Assembly (NCBI GenBank): GCA_049970495.1
Contig: JBMFMV010000041.1
Coordinates: 1 to 17,173 of the forward strand
DNA from: a bacterium
GTDB taxonomy: Bacteria; DUMJ01
Direction: 5' to 3'
Length of the DNA stretch: 17,173 nt
Part shown: one piece after another, positions 1 through 8,892 of the stretch
Layout: every line of letters starts with the position of its first letter
Numbering within the stretch: the stretch's first letter is position 1
Translations under genes and position numbers: made by a program
Notes under the pieces: model-generated
Seen by the model: the letters and a program-made list of their open reading frames with translations, nothing else
The model's database searches: none
Told to the model about the DNA's origin: nothing

Positions 1-136
1 TGAGTTAAATTCAAATCTTATAGAGTATGTTATTTGGTATAATACTAAGAGGGTACATAAAAGCTTAAATAATTTATCTCCTACTGATTATATGTTAAAA
101 TGTAATCTGGAGTCTCAAATGTATGTAACTCATACA
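1..136 (+). mobile_element. Right end of an insertion sequence, probably IS481-like (integrase-core DDE transposase C-terminus); truncated by the window edge
   Basis: The frame from nt 2 reads ELNSNLIEYVIWYNTKRVHKSLNNLSPTDYMLKCNLESQMYVTHT, which contains the Y-x3-YN-x2-R-x-H-x-SL-x3-(S/T)P-x2-Y motif that closes IS3/IS481 integrase cores. It ends ...GTAACTCATACA (5'-TGT on the minus strand, the IS481-type terminus). About 26% GC (35/136). The left end and target duplication are outside the window. Confidence 0.72.
35..43 (+). promoter_or_regulatory. Possible extended -10 promoter inside the IS, facing the aldo/keto reductase gene
   Basis: TGGTATAAT is a perfect TGnTATAAT. No good -35. It coincides with the Trp-Tyr-Asn codons, so it may be a by-product of coding. 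Confidence 0.35.
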
Positions 137-151
137 AAGGAGGAGTCGATT

Positions 152-1003
152 ATGGAAAAGAGACCTTATGGGAATACAGGAGAGATGCTCTCTATTATAG
201 GTTTTGGCGGTATTGTAGCAGCAAAGTTGCCCCAGGAAGAGGCAAATAATATAGTCTCTATGGCTATTAATAGGGGGATAAACTACTTTGATGTGGCTCC
301 CACTTATATGGATGCAGAAGAAAGACTAGGAATTGCCCTTAAGGGTAAGAGAAATTCGATATTTTTAGCTTGTAAGACAGAAAAGCGAACAAAGAAAGAG
401 GCACAGGAGGCTCTAGAGAATTCTTTGAGGCTTTTACAAACAGACTACTTTGACCTCTATCAACTCCACGCTATGACAACCGATGAAGACTTTGAGATAG
501 CTATGGGGCCAAATGGCGCTCTAGAAACAATTGTCTCTGCAAAAGAAAAAGGACTTATAAGGTATATAGGTTTCTCTGCCCACTCTGTAGAAGTAGCATT
601 AAAATTATTAGATGCGTTTCATTTTGATTCAGTGCTATTCCCTTTGAACTGGGTAAATTATTTTAATGCCAATTTTGGTCCGCAGGTGGTCGAGAAAGCT
701 ATTGAGAAAGGGACTGCTAGACTTGCTTTAAAAGCAATGGCTAAGACACTCATACCTGAAGGTCAGCCACGTAAATATGAGAAGTGTTGGTATCTTCCAG
801 TAGAGGAACCAGATCTAGCTAGCCTAGCACTGAGGTTTACCTTATCTCAACCTATTACTGCTGCTATACCTCCTGGAGAGCCAAAATTCTTCAAGATGGC
901 TTTGGATATAGCAGAGAACTTTAAACCCGTTACAGAAGAAGAGATAAATTACCTAAAGGAGAAGGCAAAGGGGTTAGAGCCGATATTTAAGCTTAGAAGT
1001 TAA
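152..1003 (+). CDS. Aldo/keto reductase (283 aa from ATG 152)
   Basis: Typical AKR N-terminus MEKRPYGNTGEMLSIIGFGG; catalytic tetrad contexts YFDVAPTY (D, Y), LACKT (K), LYQLHA (H); GLIRYIGFSAH. Strong RBS AAGGAGG at 137-143 places the start at 152 rather than the ORF-track start at 92. Confidence 0.93.
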   Translation: MEKRPYGNTGEMLSIIGFGGIVAAKLPQEEANNIVSMAINRGINYFDVAPTYMDAEERLGIALKGKRNSIFLACKTEKRTKKEAQEALENSLRLLQTDYFDLYQLHAMTTDEDFEIAMGPNGALETIVSAKEKGLIRYIGFSAHSVEVALKLLDAFHFDSVLFPLNWVNYFNANFGPQVVEKAIEKGTARLALKAMAKTLIPEGQPRKYEKCWYLPVEEPDLASLALRFTLSQPITAAIPPGEPKFFKMALDIAENFKPVTEEEINYLKEKAKGLEPIFKLRS

Positions 1004-1004
1004 G

Positions 1005-1033
1005 CTCTAGACTTATAAGGGTCCAAGTTTTTT
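1005..1033 (+). terminator. Possible weak intrinsic terminator after the AKR gene
   Basis: GACTT-ATAA-GGGTC stem (two G:U pairs, 1010-1023), imperfectly extendable, followed by T6 at 1028-1033. Confidence 0.3.
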
Positions 1034-1037
1034 ATAG

Positions 1038-1067
1038 TTGCACTTACTTGTATAAATATGATATAAT
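1038..1067 (+). promoter_or_regulatory. Sigma70/SigA-type promoter of the rplS operon
   Basis: TTGCAC (1038-1043), 18 nt spacer, TATAAT (1062-1067) with extended TG at 1059-1060; RBS AGGAGG at 1089-1094. Confidence 0.7.
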
Positions 1068-1103
1068 GCCTAAGGTTTTAATTTACGTAGGAGGGATGTA
1101 AGA

Positions 1104-1469
1104 ATGGATCCTATTTTACTGTTGGAGAAACAGCAGATAAGACAAGACTTAGAAAATTTTAAGCCAGGAGATTTAGTAAGGGTTTATACGAAGTCTCTAG
1201 AAGGTGGAAGAGAGAGACTCCAGGTATTTGAAGGAACAGTTATAGCTATAAAGGGTAGCGGAGTCAATAGGACCTTTACTGTGAGAAAGATCTCTTATGG
1301 AGTTGGGGTAGAGAAGGTTTTTCCTCTTTACTCACCTATAATTGATAGGGTAGAGGTGGTAAGAAAGGGTAGGGTTAGAAGGTCTAAGCTTTATTACTTA
1401 AGAGCTAAGATAGGTAAGGAGGCTAGGATAAAAGAAGCTAGAGTAAAGGAAACAGAAGCAAATGAGTAA
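1104..1469 (+). CDS. rplS: 50S ribosomal protein L19
   Basis: [52 protein letters not shown]19 signature throughout. Confidence 0.99.
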   Translation: MDPILLLEKQQIRQDLENFKPGDLVRVYTKSLEGGRERLQVFEGTVIAIKGSGVNRTFTVRKISYGVGVEKVFPLYSPIIDRVEVVRKGRVRRSKLYYLRAKIGKEARIKEARVKETEANE

Positions 1470-1983
1470 GGAGGAGAAGGCTCTGATTAGAGACCTAATA
1501 GAGTCTGTAGTAATAGCTGTTGTCTTAGCTTTTGGTATAATAAGGCCCTTTATTATACAACCTTATGCTATCCCAAGTGGTTCTATGGAGCCTACCCTCC
1601 TTGTAGGAGATAAGCTTTTTGTAAATAAGTTTATATACAGATTTAGACCTATACAGCGATTTGATGTAATAGTATTTAAATACCCACATAATCCTAGGGT
1701 GGACTACATAAAGAGGGTAATTGCCCTTGAGGGAGAAACAGTGCAACTTATTAATGGTAGGGTATATATAAATGGTCAACCATTAGAGGAGAATCATGAG
1801 ATGAATCCTTCCTATGATAATTTTGGTCCTGTGACTGTTCCCAAGGGATATCTGTTTGTTTTAGGAGACAACAGGGGTAATAGTGAAGATAGTAGATATT
1901 TTGGTTTTGTTCCCGTTCAGAATGTTTTAGGAAAAGCATTTTTAATATATTGGCCTCCACAAAGAATGAGTATTATAAGGTAA
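1462..1983 (+). CDS. lepB: Signal peptidase I
   Basis: N-terminal TM helix, [10 protein letters not shown] (catalytic Ser), YIKRVIA (catalytic Lys), [14 protein letters not shown]; usual position after rplS. Confidence 0.97.
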   Translation: MSKEEKALIRDLIESVVIAVVLAFGIIRPFIIQPYAIPSGSMEPTLLVGDKLFVNKFIYRFRPIQRFDVIVFKYPHNPRVDYIKRVIALEGETVQLINGRVYINGQPLEENHEMNPSYDNFGPVTVPKGYLFVLGDNRGNSEDSRYFGFVPVQNVLGKAFLIYWPPQRMSIIR

Positions 1984-2591
1984 AACCAACTCAAGATATA
2001 GAATTAAACCTATCTTCATTAGGTATCTATCCAGTATGTGGGATAGATGAGGCTGGTAGAGGGGCTATTGCTGGACCTTTAGTTGCAGCAGCAGTTATAT
2101 TACCTCCTAAATGTGATATATCATTGGATGATTCTAAAAAGTTATCTCCAAGAGAAAGGGTGGTTATAGCCCACAGGATAAGAGAGGTTGCTATAGATAT
2201 AGGCTTAGGTATAGTTGAGCCTAAAGAGATTGATAGCAAGGGTTTATCGTGGGCTAACAGAGAGGCTTTTAAGAGGGCTTTATTAGATTTGGATATTGAG
2301 GTAAAGGGTATAATAACGGATGCCTTAGGAATCGATATAGATATATTCCAAGTAAATATCATAGATGGCGATGAAGTTTGCGCCTCTGTCTCTGCTGCTT
2401 CTATAATAGCAAAGGTATCAAGGGACTCTATAATGGACTATTATGATAAACTTTTTCCTCAGTACGACTTCTCCCATAATAAAGGGTATCCTACCCCTTC
2501 TCACAAAGAGAGACTAAAGATATACAAGCCCTCTATAATTCATAGGGTTTCCTTTTCACCTGTAAGAGAGGTGTTAGAGTATGAAGAATAA
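1950..2591 (+). CDS. rnhB: Ribonuclease HII (start uncertain; TTG at 1950)
   Basis: GIDEAGRG, DDSKKL, ITDA, SVSAASIIAKVSRD, HNKGYPT, IHRVSF motifs. Confidence 0.95.
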   Translation: MASTKNEYYKVKPTQDIELNLSSLGIYPVCGIDEAGRGAIAGPLVAAAVILPPKCDISLDDSKKLSPRERVVIAHRIREVAIDIGLGIVEPKEIDSKGLSWANREAFKRALLDLDIEVKGIITDALGIDIDIFQVNIIDGDEVCASVSAASIIAKVSRDSIMDYYDKLFPQYDFSHNKGYPTPSHKERLKIYKPSIIHRVSFSPVREVLEYEE

Positions 2592-2973
2592 AAGATCTTT
2601 AGGAAGTTTAGGAGAAAAGAAGGCTTTAGAGTATTTAAAGAGTCTAGGTTATAATATCCTTGCTGTAAACTTTTATTCACAGCGAGGAGAGATAGATATC
2701 ATAGCTGAAGATAAAGGAGTTTTGAGTTTTATAGAGGTAAAGACCCGGACAAGTAGGAATTTTGGTGCCCCTGAAGAATCTATAACATTTAGAAAAAGAG
2801 AAAGGATAGTAAGGACTGCTTTATATTATCTAAATGCCAGAGGATGGCCTAGGCTGAGTTGTAGGTTTGATGTCCTTACAGTAAATATAGATCCAAAGAC
2901 TGGAGATGCTAGATTTAGCCTTACAAAGGATGCCTTTCAACTAGAAGGGGATACCTATAGGTATGTTGGCTAA
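2581..2973 (+). CDS. yraN: YraN family (UPF0102) PD-(D/E)XK endonuclease
   Basis: LGSLGEKKA, GEIDIIA, FIEVKTR, RFDV motifs; sits between rnhB and comM. Confidence 0.95.
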   Translation: MKNKRSLGSLGEKKALEYLKSLGYNILAVNFYSQRGEIDIIAEDKGVLSFIEVKTRTSRNFGAPEESITFRKRERIVRTALYYLNARGWPRLSCRFDVLTVNIDPKTGDARFSLTKDAFQLEGDTYRYVG

Positions 2974-4495
2974 GGTATTAAGCGCAACCCTTCTAGGAAT
3001 AGAGGGGGCACTGGTGGATGTAGAGGTAGATATAAGCAATGGACTACCTAGCTTTACTATAGTGGGACTTCCCGATCAGGCGGTTCAAGAGTCGAAAGAG
3101 AGAATAAGGTCAGCAATAAAGAATTCTGATTTTAACTTTCCTGTTAAGAGAATAACGGTCAATCTAGCCCCTGCAGATATCAAGAAAGAAGGACCTGCAT
3201 TTGACCTTCCAATAGCTATAGGAATACTTATGGCTTCTGAAGGAATAAGTCCAAGATTAAACGAGCCCTTCCTTGTTGTTGGAGAACTTTCTTTAGATGG
3301 TTCTATAAGACCAATCAATGGTATTATCTCTATGGCAATAATGTCTAAAGAGTTGAGAATACCTATAATGTTTGTCCCATACGAGAATTCATCTGAGGCG
3401 GCACTTATACCTGGGATAAAGGTATATGGTATCAAGAATCTCAGTGAGATTGTTCAGTTCTTGAATGGAAATGCAGACCTTACTCCAGCTAGTCCTGCTA
3501 AGTCTATAAGGATAAATGAATTTACAGGTGATTTTAGTGATATAAAAGGTCAGGAATCAGCTAAAAGGGCTTTGGAAATAGCAGCTTGTGGCTTTCACAA
3601 TGTAATTATGGTTGGACCCCCTGGTTCTGGTAAGACTATGCTTGTCCAGAGGTTGCCAACTATTCTTCCTCCTCTTACAGAAGAGGAGGCTCTAGAGGTA
3701 ACCAAGATATACAGCAGTGCAGGATTATTACCAAGAGGTGGAGGTATTATAGAGGAGAGACCTTTCAGGGCTCCTCATCACTCTATATCTCTGGCTGGTA
3801 TGGTTGGTGGAACTAGTAATCCTAGACCGGGAGAGATAAGCTTAGCCCATAACGGTATCCTTTTTCTAGATGAATTTCCAGAATTTAGAAGAGATGTCTT
3901 AGAGGCTCTAAGACAACCAATGGAAGACGGAACTTTAGTTATATCACGGGCTCACGGGAGTATAAGATTTCCTGCTAGATTTATGCTTGTTGCAAGTATG
4001 AATCCATGTCCCTGTGGATATTTGGGAGATACCAAAAAGACTTGTACCTGCACTCCATATCAAGTTCAGAGATACTTTGCTAAGATCTCTGGACCCATCT
4101 TGGATAGGATAGATATACAGATAGAAGTCCCTAGGTTAGAGACGGATACTCTTATAAAGAGTAATCCTAGTGAGAAGTCAGAAAGTATTAGAAACCGCAT
4201 AAAGAGGACCAGGGAATTTCAATCCTATAGATTTAAAGAAGGATTTAAGGCTAATGGATTGATGTTACCCAATGAGTTGAAAAAGTATTGTAAACTTACC
4301 CCATCTATAGAGGCCCTCTTAAGGGAGATTGTTGATAGATTTCATCTTAGTGCCCGTTCCTATGATAAACTTTTAAAGGTAGCAAGGACCATAGCAGACC
4401 TAGGGGAAAGTGAACTGATAAGAGAAGAGGACATATTAGAAGCTATTCAGTATAGGGTATTGGATAGGAAATATTGGGAGAAGAAGTTTTCATAA
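2963..4495 (+). CDS. comM: YifB/ComM Mg-chelatase-like AAA+ ATPase (competence branch-migration helicase family)
   Basis: IVGLPDQAVQESKER, ITVNLAPADIKKEG, Walker A GPPGSGKT, RPFRAPHHS, Walker B LFLDEFPEF, MNPCPCG...CTC, SGPILDRIDI. Confidence 0.96.
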   Translation: MLAKVLSATLLGIEGALVDVEVDISNGLPSFTIVGLPDQAVQESKERIRSAIKNSDFNFPVKRITVNLAPADIKKEGPAFDLPIAIGILMASEGISPRLNEPFLVVGELSLDGSIRPINGIISMAIMSKELRIPIMFVPYENSSEAALIPGIKVYGIKNLSEIVQFLNGNADLTPASPAKSIRINEFTGDFSDIKGQESAKRALEIAACGFHNVIMVGPPGSGKTMLVQRLPTILPPLTEEEALEVTKIYSSAGLLPRGGGIIEERPFRAPHHSISLAGMVGGTSNPRPGEISLAHNGILFLDEFPEFRRDVLEALRQPMEDGTLVISRAHGSIRFPARFMLVASMNPCPCGYLGDTKKTCTCTPYQVQRYFAKISGPILDRIDIQIEVPRLETDTLIKSNPSEKSESIRNRIKRTREFQSYRFKEGFKANGLMLPNELKKYCKLTPSIEALLREIVDRFHLSARSYDKLLKVARTIADLGESELIREEDILEAIQYRVLDRKYWEKKFS

Positions 4496-5520
4496 TAGAT
4501 TGGCTCCTTCTAAACCTTACAGGAAAGTATAGGGCTATAAAGGAATTACTCTCTAGAAATTATTCTACTGAAGAGATTATTAGTTTCTTGGGGCTAGAAA
4601 GGGAGAGACTTTCTTATCTGAGAAAAAGGGCGGAGGAAGAGTATAAGAAGTCTCTAGATTTGGGTATTAAATTGATCCCCATCTCGTCAAAAGAGTATCC
4701 TGTGCTTTTAAAGGAGATACCTGATCCTCCCGCATTACTGTATGTCCTAGGAGAAAAGGTCTGGTTGAATTGTAACTTTATAAGTGTGGTTGGGACTCGT
4801 AGACCCACTAGGTATGGTATAAATGCTACAAGGATGATAGTCTCACGTCTAGTAGAAAATGGTATAGGTATTGTCAGCGGATTTGCCTATGGGATAGATA
4901 CCGTTGCCCATATAGAGGCAATAAGGGGAGGAGGTTACACGATTGGAGTCTTAGGGACTGGGGTAGATATAGTTTATCCAAAGGTGAATAAGACTCTAAG
5001 AAGAGATATAATAGAGAGTAAGAGGGGATGTCTTATAAGTGAATTTCCACTTGGAGACAACCCAGAGTCCTGGCATTTTCCAAGACGTAACAGAATTATC
5101 AGCGGTCTTACTCAGATTACAGTTGTGGTTGAGGCATCATTGAAAAGTGGAGCTATGATAACAGCAGGTTATGCCTTGGAACAGGGTAGAGAGGTCTTTG
5201 CCGTGCCTGGTAATATAGATAGTGAGAATAGCCAAGGGACTAACCAGCTTATAAAAGAAGGGGCAAAACCTATAACTTCTGGTGACGATATACTTGAAGA
5301 GTTCAATATAATACCAAAGATTACTACTGTAAAATTACCTGAACTTACAGAGGAAGAATCAGTTATCTGGAATATACTGAATGAACCGAGGTTAGAAGAT
5401 GATATATTAAATATAAGTGGATTGGATGTTAGTAGATTTAATATTATAATTACTAGATTAGAATTAAAAGGCCTGATAGAGAGATTGCCAGGGAGGATGT
5501 TGAGAAGAAGAGATGGATGA
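4474..5520 (+). CDS. dprA: DNA-processing protein DprA (Smf); TTG start, exact start uncertain
   Basis: DPPALLY, VVGTR, IVSGFAYGIDTVAH, FPRRNRIISGL, VVEASLKSGAMITA, QGREVFAVPG; C-terminal winged-helix-like tail (LELKGLI). Confidence 0.97.
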   Translation: MGEEVFIIDWLLLNLTGKYRAIKELLSRNYSTEEIISFLGLERERLSYLRKRAEEEYKKSLDLGIKLIPISSKEYPVLLKEIPDPPALLYVLGEKVWLNCNFISVVGTRRPTRYGINATRMIVSRLVENGIGIVSGFAYGIDTVAHIEAIRGGGYTIGVLGTGVDIVYPKVNKTLRRDIIESKRGCLISEFPLGDNPESWHFPRRNRIISGLTQITVVVEASLKSGAMITAGYALEQGREVFAVPGNIDSENSQGTNQLIKEGAKPITSGDDILEEFNIIPKITTVKLPELTEEESVIWNILNEPRLEDDILNISGLDVSRFNIIITRLELKGLIERLPGRMLRRRDG

Positions 5521-7600
5521 AAAGACCTTATTGATAGTGGAGTCGCCTGCTAAGGCTAGAACCATATCTCATTATTTAGGGAAGAACTATATAGTTAAGG
5601 CTTCACAGGGACATATAAGAGACCTGCCGGAATCAGACTTCGGGGTTGAAATAAATAAGAATAAGGTAAAGGTAAAGTATGTCACACTTCAGGATAAACT
5701 ACCCATAATAAAGGAGCTAAAGGATGCTAAGAATAAGGTTAGTAGGGTTCTTTTTGCTACAGACCCAGATAGGGAAGGGGAGGCAATCTCTTGGCATCTG
5801 GCAAATGTCCTTAAGATAGACCCTAATGAGAGGTGTAGGGTAGAATTCCATGAGATTACTAAGAATGCTGTAGTTAATAGCTTAAAAGACCCTAAACCTA
5901 TAGACATAAATAGGGTAAACGCTCAGCAGGGAAGAAGGGTTTTAGATAGGATAGTTGGTTACAGACTGAGCCCATTTCTCTGGGAAAAGCTTATGAAGAA
6001 TGACCTTAGTGCAGGCAGGGTTCAGTCTGTTGCATTAAGGTTTATCTGCGATAGGGAAAGGGAGATAGCAGCCTTTGTCCCTGAGGAGTATTGGGAGATA
6101 GAGGGGATATTCTCTCAAAAAGACGTCAAATTCAAGGCAAAACTTATATCTAAGGGAAAAGAGAAGATAAAGATTCCCAATGAGACTGAAGCTAAAAAGA
6201 TAATAGAGGAACTTAACTCTGCAGAGTTTCATATTCTTAATATAAAGAAGGCAAAGAGGAAGAAATCCTCACCACCTCCTTTTACTACCAGTACATTACA
6301 GCAGGAGGCATCTAAAAGACTTGGATTTTCCCCGTCTAAGACTATGAATATAGCTCAACAGTTATATGAGGGTCTAAGGATAAAAGATACTATAGTTGGC
6401 CTTATCACTTATATGAGAACAGATTCAGTAAGGATAGCAGATTCAGCCTTAGATAAGGTGAGAAAGTTCATAAAGGAACACTATGGGGATGATTATCTTC
6501 CCAAGAATCCCAAGGTGTATAAGTCTTCTAAGTCAGCTCAAGAGGCTCATGAGGCTATCAGACCTACCTCTGTAGAGAGGATTCCGGAGAAAATAAGAGA
6601 ATACCTAACCCCAGATCAGTTTGCACTCTACAGACTTATATGGGAGAGATTTGTTGCCTGTCAGATGACAGATGCTATATATGATTCAATCACCGTAGAT
6701 GTGGAAGGGAAGGATTACATATTTAGGGCCAATGCTTCTAGACTAGTATTTCCAGGGTATCAGATAGTTAGTGGTAGAGAAGAAGAGGAAGAACAAATGC
6801 CCTTGGAAAAGTTGGATAAGGATAAGGCTGTTGACCTCCTAGAGCTTCTTCCTACACAGCACTTTACTCAGCCTCCACCTAGATACACAGAGGCGTCTCT
6901 TATAAAGTTATTAGAAGAGAAAGGGATAGGACGTCCAAGTACATATGCAACTATTATTAGCACAATTCAAGAGAGAAACTATGTAACAGTTGAAAACCAT
7001 GTCTTAAAACCTACAGAGGTGGGTATGATTGTATCTGACCTCTTAACTAAGTATTTTCCAAATATAATGGACCCTAACTTTACAGCAAGGATGGAAGAAG
7101 ATTTGGATGAGATAGAAGAAGGCAAGGAAGATTGGGAAAAGTTAGTTATACAGTTCTATAATGATTTTGAGAAACAAGTAAAGGAGGCAAAGGAAAGAGC
7201 AGAGGTAAGCTATATACTAGGGAACTGTCCACTCTGTGGAAAACCACTAGTAGAAAGAAGGAGTAAGTACGGGGTATTTATTGGATGCTCTGGATATCCT
7301 GAGTGCACCTATACAAGACCTCTTACAAAAAGTACTGGTGTAAGCTGCCCAAAGTGTGGGGGAGAAATAGTTAGATTAAAGTCTAAAAATGGTAAGACCT
7401 ACTACAGATGTTCTAACTATCCAAACTGTGACTTCGTAATCTGGGATAAGCCTACTAGCACAAAGTGTCCTAAGTGTGGGTATCCGATTGTCTTTGCCCG
7501 TTCTAAAAAGGGGAATACATATAGAAAGTGTAGTAATCCTAACTGTGATTATGTCATATTAGGTAGAAAAAAGGCTAAAGTCAAAGAGGGTAGCCCATGA
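5513..7600 (+). CDS. topA: DNA topoisomerase I (type IA)
   Basis: TOPRIM IVESPAKA and ATDPDREGEAI, SAGRVQS, catalytic ITYMRTDS, AQEAHEAIRPT, GIGRPSTYA; three C-terminal C4 zinc ribbons. Confidence 0.99.
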   Translation: MDEKTLLIVESPAKARTISHYLGKNYIVKASQGHIRDLPESDFGVEINKNKVKVKYVTLQDKLPIIKELKDAKNKVSRVLFATDPDREGEAISWHLANVLKIDPNERCRVEFHEITKNAVVNSLKDPKPIDINRVNAQQGRRVLDRIVGYRLSPFLWEKLMKNDLSAGRVQSVALRFICDREREIAAFVPEEYWEIEGIFSQKDVKFKAKLISKGKEKIKIPNETEAKKIIEELNSAEFHILNIKKAKRKKSSPPPFTTSTLQQEASKRLGFSPSKTMNIAQQLYEGLRIKDTIVGLITYMRTDSVRIADSALDKVRKFIKEHYGDDYLPKNPKVYKSSKSAQEAHEAIRPTSVERIPEKIREYLTPDQFALYRLIWERFVACQMTDAIYDSITVDVEGKDYIFRANASRLVFPGYQIVSGREEEEEQMPLEKLDKDKAVDLLELLPTQHFTQPPPRYTEASLIKLLEEKGIGRPSTYATIISTIQERNYVTVENHVLKPTEVGMIVSDLLTKYFPNIMDPNFTARMEEDLDEIEEGKEDWEKLVIQFYNDFEKQVKEAKERAEVSYILGNCPLCGKPLVERRSKYGVFIGCSGYPECTYTRPLTKSTGVSCPKCGGEIVRLKSKNGKTYYRCSNYPNCDFVIWDKPTSTKCPKCGYPIVFARSKKGNTYRKCSNPNCDYVILGRKKAKVKEGSP

Positions 7601-8892
7601 AAGTAACTATTATTGGTGGTGGATTAGCAGGGGTTGAGTCTGCCTATTATCTGGCAAATAGGGAAGTAGAGGTGATCCTCTACGAGATGAGACCATATAC
7701 CTCTACGGAAGTGCATAAGACTGGATACTTGGCAGAGTTAGTATGTAGTAATTCACTAAAATCCGATGTTCCTTATGATGCCAGTTGGTTATTAAAGGAG
7801 GAGATGAGTCTACTTGGCTCTATAGTAATGGAGTCTGCAAGAAAAAATGCTATCCCTGGTGGAAAGTCCTTAGTTGTAGATAGGGAAGGGTTCAGTGTTT
7901 ATATTACAGAAAAGCTCTTGACCCACAGGAATATCTATATCATTAGAGAAGAATGTAAAGATATTCCTACCGATAGACCCCTTATAATAGCTACAGGCCC
8001 ATTAACTGGGGGAGAATTTGCCAGTGCATTAAAGAGGCTACTAGGGGAAGAGTTTCTGTACTTTTATGATGCTACAAGCCCAATAGTTATAAGAGATTCT
8101 ATAGATGAGAATGAATGTTTCTGGGCATCTAGGTATGATTATGGTGGTGCAGATTATCTAAATTGTCCTATGGATGAAGATACCTATGAAAAATTTTATG
8201 AGGCTCTTATATCGGCAGAGACTGTGCCACTACAGGATTTTGAGAAAGGGATATTCTATGAGGCATGTCTCCCTATTGAAGAGATAGCCAAGAGGGATAG
8301 GGATGCATTAAGGTTTGGTCCCTTTAAACCCAAAGGGTTAATAGACCCAAAGACAGGCAAGATGCCCTATGCTGTTTTACAATTAAGGAGGGAAGATAGA
8401 GAAGGTAGACTTTTGAGTCTAGTTGGTTGTCAGACAAAGCTCAAGTGGAAGGAGCAGGAAAGGGTCTTTAGGATAATACCAGCTCTTAGGGCTGCTGAGT
8501 TTGTAAGATTTGGTATTATGCACAGGAATACCTTTATAAATTCGCCTATTCTACTTTCGCCTTCTCTTTCACTAAAGATAGACTCTAGTGTATTCTTTGC
8601 TGGTCAGATTACTGGAGTCGAGGGATATCTAGAGTCATCTGCTAGTGGTATAGTTGCTGGAATAAACGCCTATAAATTCTTAAAAGGTGAAGAGCCTATT
8701 ATATTCCCTGAAGATACCGCTATTGGAAGTTTGATAAAGTATATAACTACGAGTAATCCAGACAGTTTTCAGCCTATGGGGATAAATTATGGTATAATGC
8801 CTGAAGCAAAACATCGTTCTCGTAAAGAGAGACGAAGACTCATAGCAGAAAGAGCAATTGAGAGTCTTAGGAGGATCTTAGATGAAATCTAG
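7597..8892 (+). CDS. trmFO: Folate/FAD-dependent tRNA (uracil-54) methyltransferase TrmFO (Gid)
   Basis: IIGGGLAG, AELVCSNSL, ATGPLT, YEACLPIEE, FGIMHRNTFIN, AGQITGVEGYLES; canonical topA-trmFO-xerC order. Confidence 0.97.
   Translation: MKVTIIGGGLAGVESAYYLANREVEVILYEMRPYTSTEVHKTGYLAELVCSNSLKSDVPYDASWLLKEEMSLLGSIVMESARKNAIPGGKSLVVDREGFSVYITEKLLTHRNIYIIREECKDIPTDRPLIIATGPLTGGEFASALKRLLGEEFLYFYDATSPIVIRDSIDENECFWASRYDYGGADYLNCPMDEDTYEKFYEALISAETVPLQDFEKGIFYEACLPIEEIAKRDRDALRFGPFKPKGLIDPKTGKMPYAVLQLRREDREGRLLSLVGCQTKLKWKEQERVFRIIPALRAAEFVRFGIMHRNTFINSPILLSPSLSLKIDSSVFFAGQITGVEGYLESSASGIVAGINAYKFLKGEEPIIFPEDTAIGSLIKYITTSNPDSFQPMGINYGIMPEAKHRSRKERRRLIAERAIESLRRILDEI

Noticed and set aside
73..100. 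XerD-arm-like ATATGTTAAAA
   Set aside because: No matching XerC arm, and it lies inside transposase coding sequence.
92..151. ORF-track start of the AKR at 92
   Set aside because: These codons belong to the transposase tail and IS end; the RBS and the family N-terminus point to ATG 152.
1018..1033. AGGGTCCAAGTTTTTT resembling half of the 12698-12727 palindrome
   Set aside because: Only 8 nt identical, with no GTAG and no second arm; better explained as a weak terminator.
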